A stretch of DNA of 64,000 nt from Rhizobium sp. Q54 (GTDB lineage: Bacteria; Pseudomonadota; Alphaproteobacteria; UBA2966; CAIVPW01): contig CAMDPO010000008.1 in assembly GCA_945904955.1 (NCBI GenBank), forward strand, positions 3,177 to 67,176, in the 5' to 3' direction. The notes under the pieces are model-generated. The model did no database searches, had not been told where the DNA came from, and worked only from the letters and a program-made list of their open reading frames with translations. The position numbers and the translations under genes are program-made. Positions 63,296 through 64,000 of this stretch are shown piece after piece (within the stretch, counting starts at the first letter, position 1; each line of letters opens with the position of its first letter).

Positions 63296-64000
63296 TTAGA
63301 GGTCGAGCAGGAGCCGGTCGGGCTGCTCGATGCATTCCTTGACCCGGGCCAGGAAGGTGACCGCTTCGCGGCCGTCCACTAGGCGGTGATCGTAGGTCAG
63401 CGCCACGTACATCATGGGCCGGATCACCACCTGATCGCCCACGGCCACCGGGCGGTTTTCGATCTTGTGCATGCCGAGAATGCCCGACTGCGGCGGGTTG
63501 AGGATCGGCGTCGACAGCAGCGATCCGAATACTCCACCGTTGGTGATGGTAAACGTGCCGCCCTGGATTTCTTCGAGCGTCAGCTTGCCGTCGCGGGCAC
63601 GTTTGGCGAGATCGCCGATGCGCTTTTCGATGTCGGCGAACGACAGCGTGTCGGCGTCGCGCACGATGGGCACCACGAGGCCCTGCGGGGCGCTCACCGC
63701 GACGCCGACGTCGTAGTGGTTCTTGAAGACGATGTCCTCGCCGTCGATCTGCGCGTTGACGGAGGGAATGTCCTTGAGCGCAACGACGGCAGCGCGCACG
63801 AAGAACGACATGAAGCCGAGCTTGACGCCGTGACGCCGCTCATACTCGTCTTTGTACTTGGAGCGCAGCGCCGTCACCGCGCTCATGTCCACCTCGTTGA
63901 AGGTGGTGAGCATGGCGGCGGTGTTCTGCGCTTCCTTGAGACGCTCGGCGATGGTGCGGCGCAGGCGCGTCATGCGCACACGCTCCTCGCGCGCGTGCAC
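63296..64000 (-). CDS. sucB: dihydrolipoamide succinyltransferase E2 (C-terminal catalytic domain; 5' end beyond the window)
   Basis: 2-oxoacid dehydrogenase acyltransferase catalytic motif (...[17 protein letters not shown]...). The frame stays open to the window end. Confidence 0.85.
   Translation of the reverse strand: MHAREERVRMTRLRRTIAERLKEAQNTAAMLTTFNEVDMSAVTALRSKYKDEYERRHGVKLGFMSFFVRAAVVALKDIPSVNAQIDGEDIVFKNHYDVGVAVSAPQGLVVPIVRDADTLSFADIEKRIGDLAKRARDGKLTLEEIQGGTFTITNGGVFGSLLSTPILNPPQSGILGMHKIENRPVAVGDQVVIRPMMYVALTYDHRLVDGREAVTFLARVKECIEQPDRLLLDL

Overview
This is a 64 kb, very GC-rich chromosomal segment (roughly two-thirds G+C by eye, with strong GC3 bias in real genes). Gene content and synteny look alphaproteobacterial, though I cannot name the organism. 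Most of it is core genome.

Core blocks, in order:
- A seven-gene assimilatory nitrate/nitrite operon on the minus strand (nasF, nasE, nasD, nirB, nirD, nasA and a mobA-like gene). Every junction is tight or overlapping. The ANTAR regulator gene nasT lies upstream, along with a candidate sigma-54 promoter and leader.
- An efp-epmA-epmB cluster.
- rplU-rpmA, then obgE-proB-proA-nadD-rsfS-gpmI.
- An envC-like gene, tandem ctpA paralogs, a YibQ-family deacetylase and rppH.
- The F1 ATP synthase operon atpHAGDC.
- priA, a DUF484 gene plus xerC, a patatin gene, lpdA and a 3'-partial sucB.

The less ordinary parts:
- A ~2.5 kb islet between rpmA and obgE. It carries an XRE-HTH gene with a membrane-protein gene, an AT-rich ATCGAT repeat block, a transposase (rve) remnant, and a gene for a GNAT-fold N-acyltransferase fused to a cyclic-nucleotide-binding domain.
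- A pair of paralogous ~65-77 aa proteins flanking a TetR gene whose operator is a perfect palindrome.
- A 1015-aa protein with LamG, beta-helix and PKD domains and no signal peptide, next to a MASE1-GGDEF protein whose catalytic motif is degenerate (GDDEF) but whose RxxD inhibitory site is intact.
- Histone-H1-like Lys/Ala/Pro-rich tails on L21, RsfS and a VOC-domain protein.

I found no tRNA, rRNA or CRISPR. Many long ORFs on the opposite strand of real genes are GC-rich frame artefacts.
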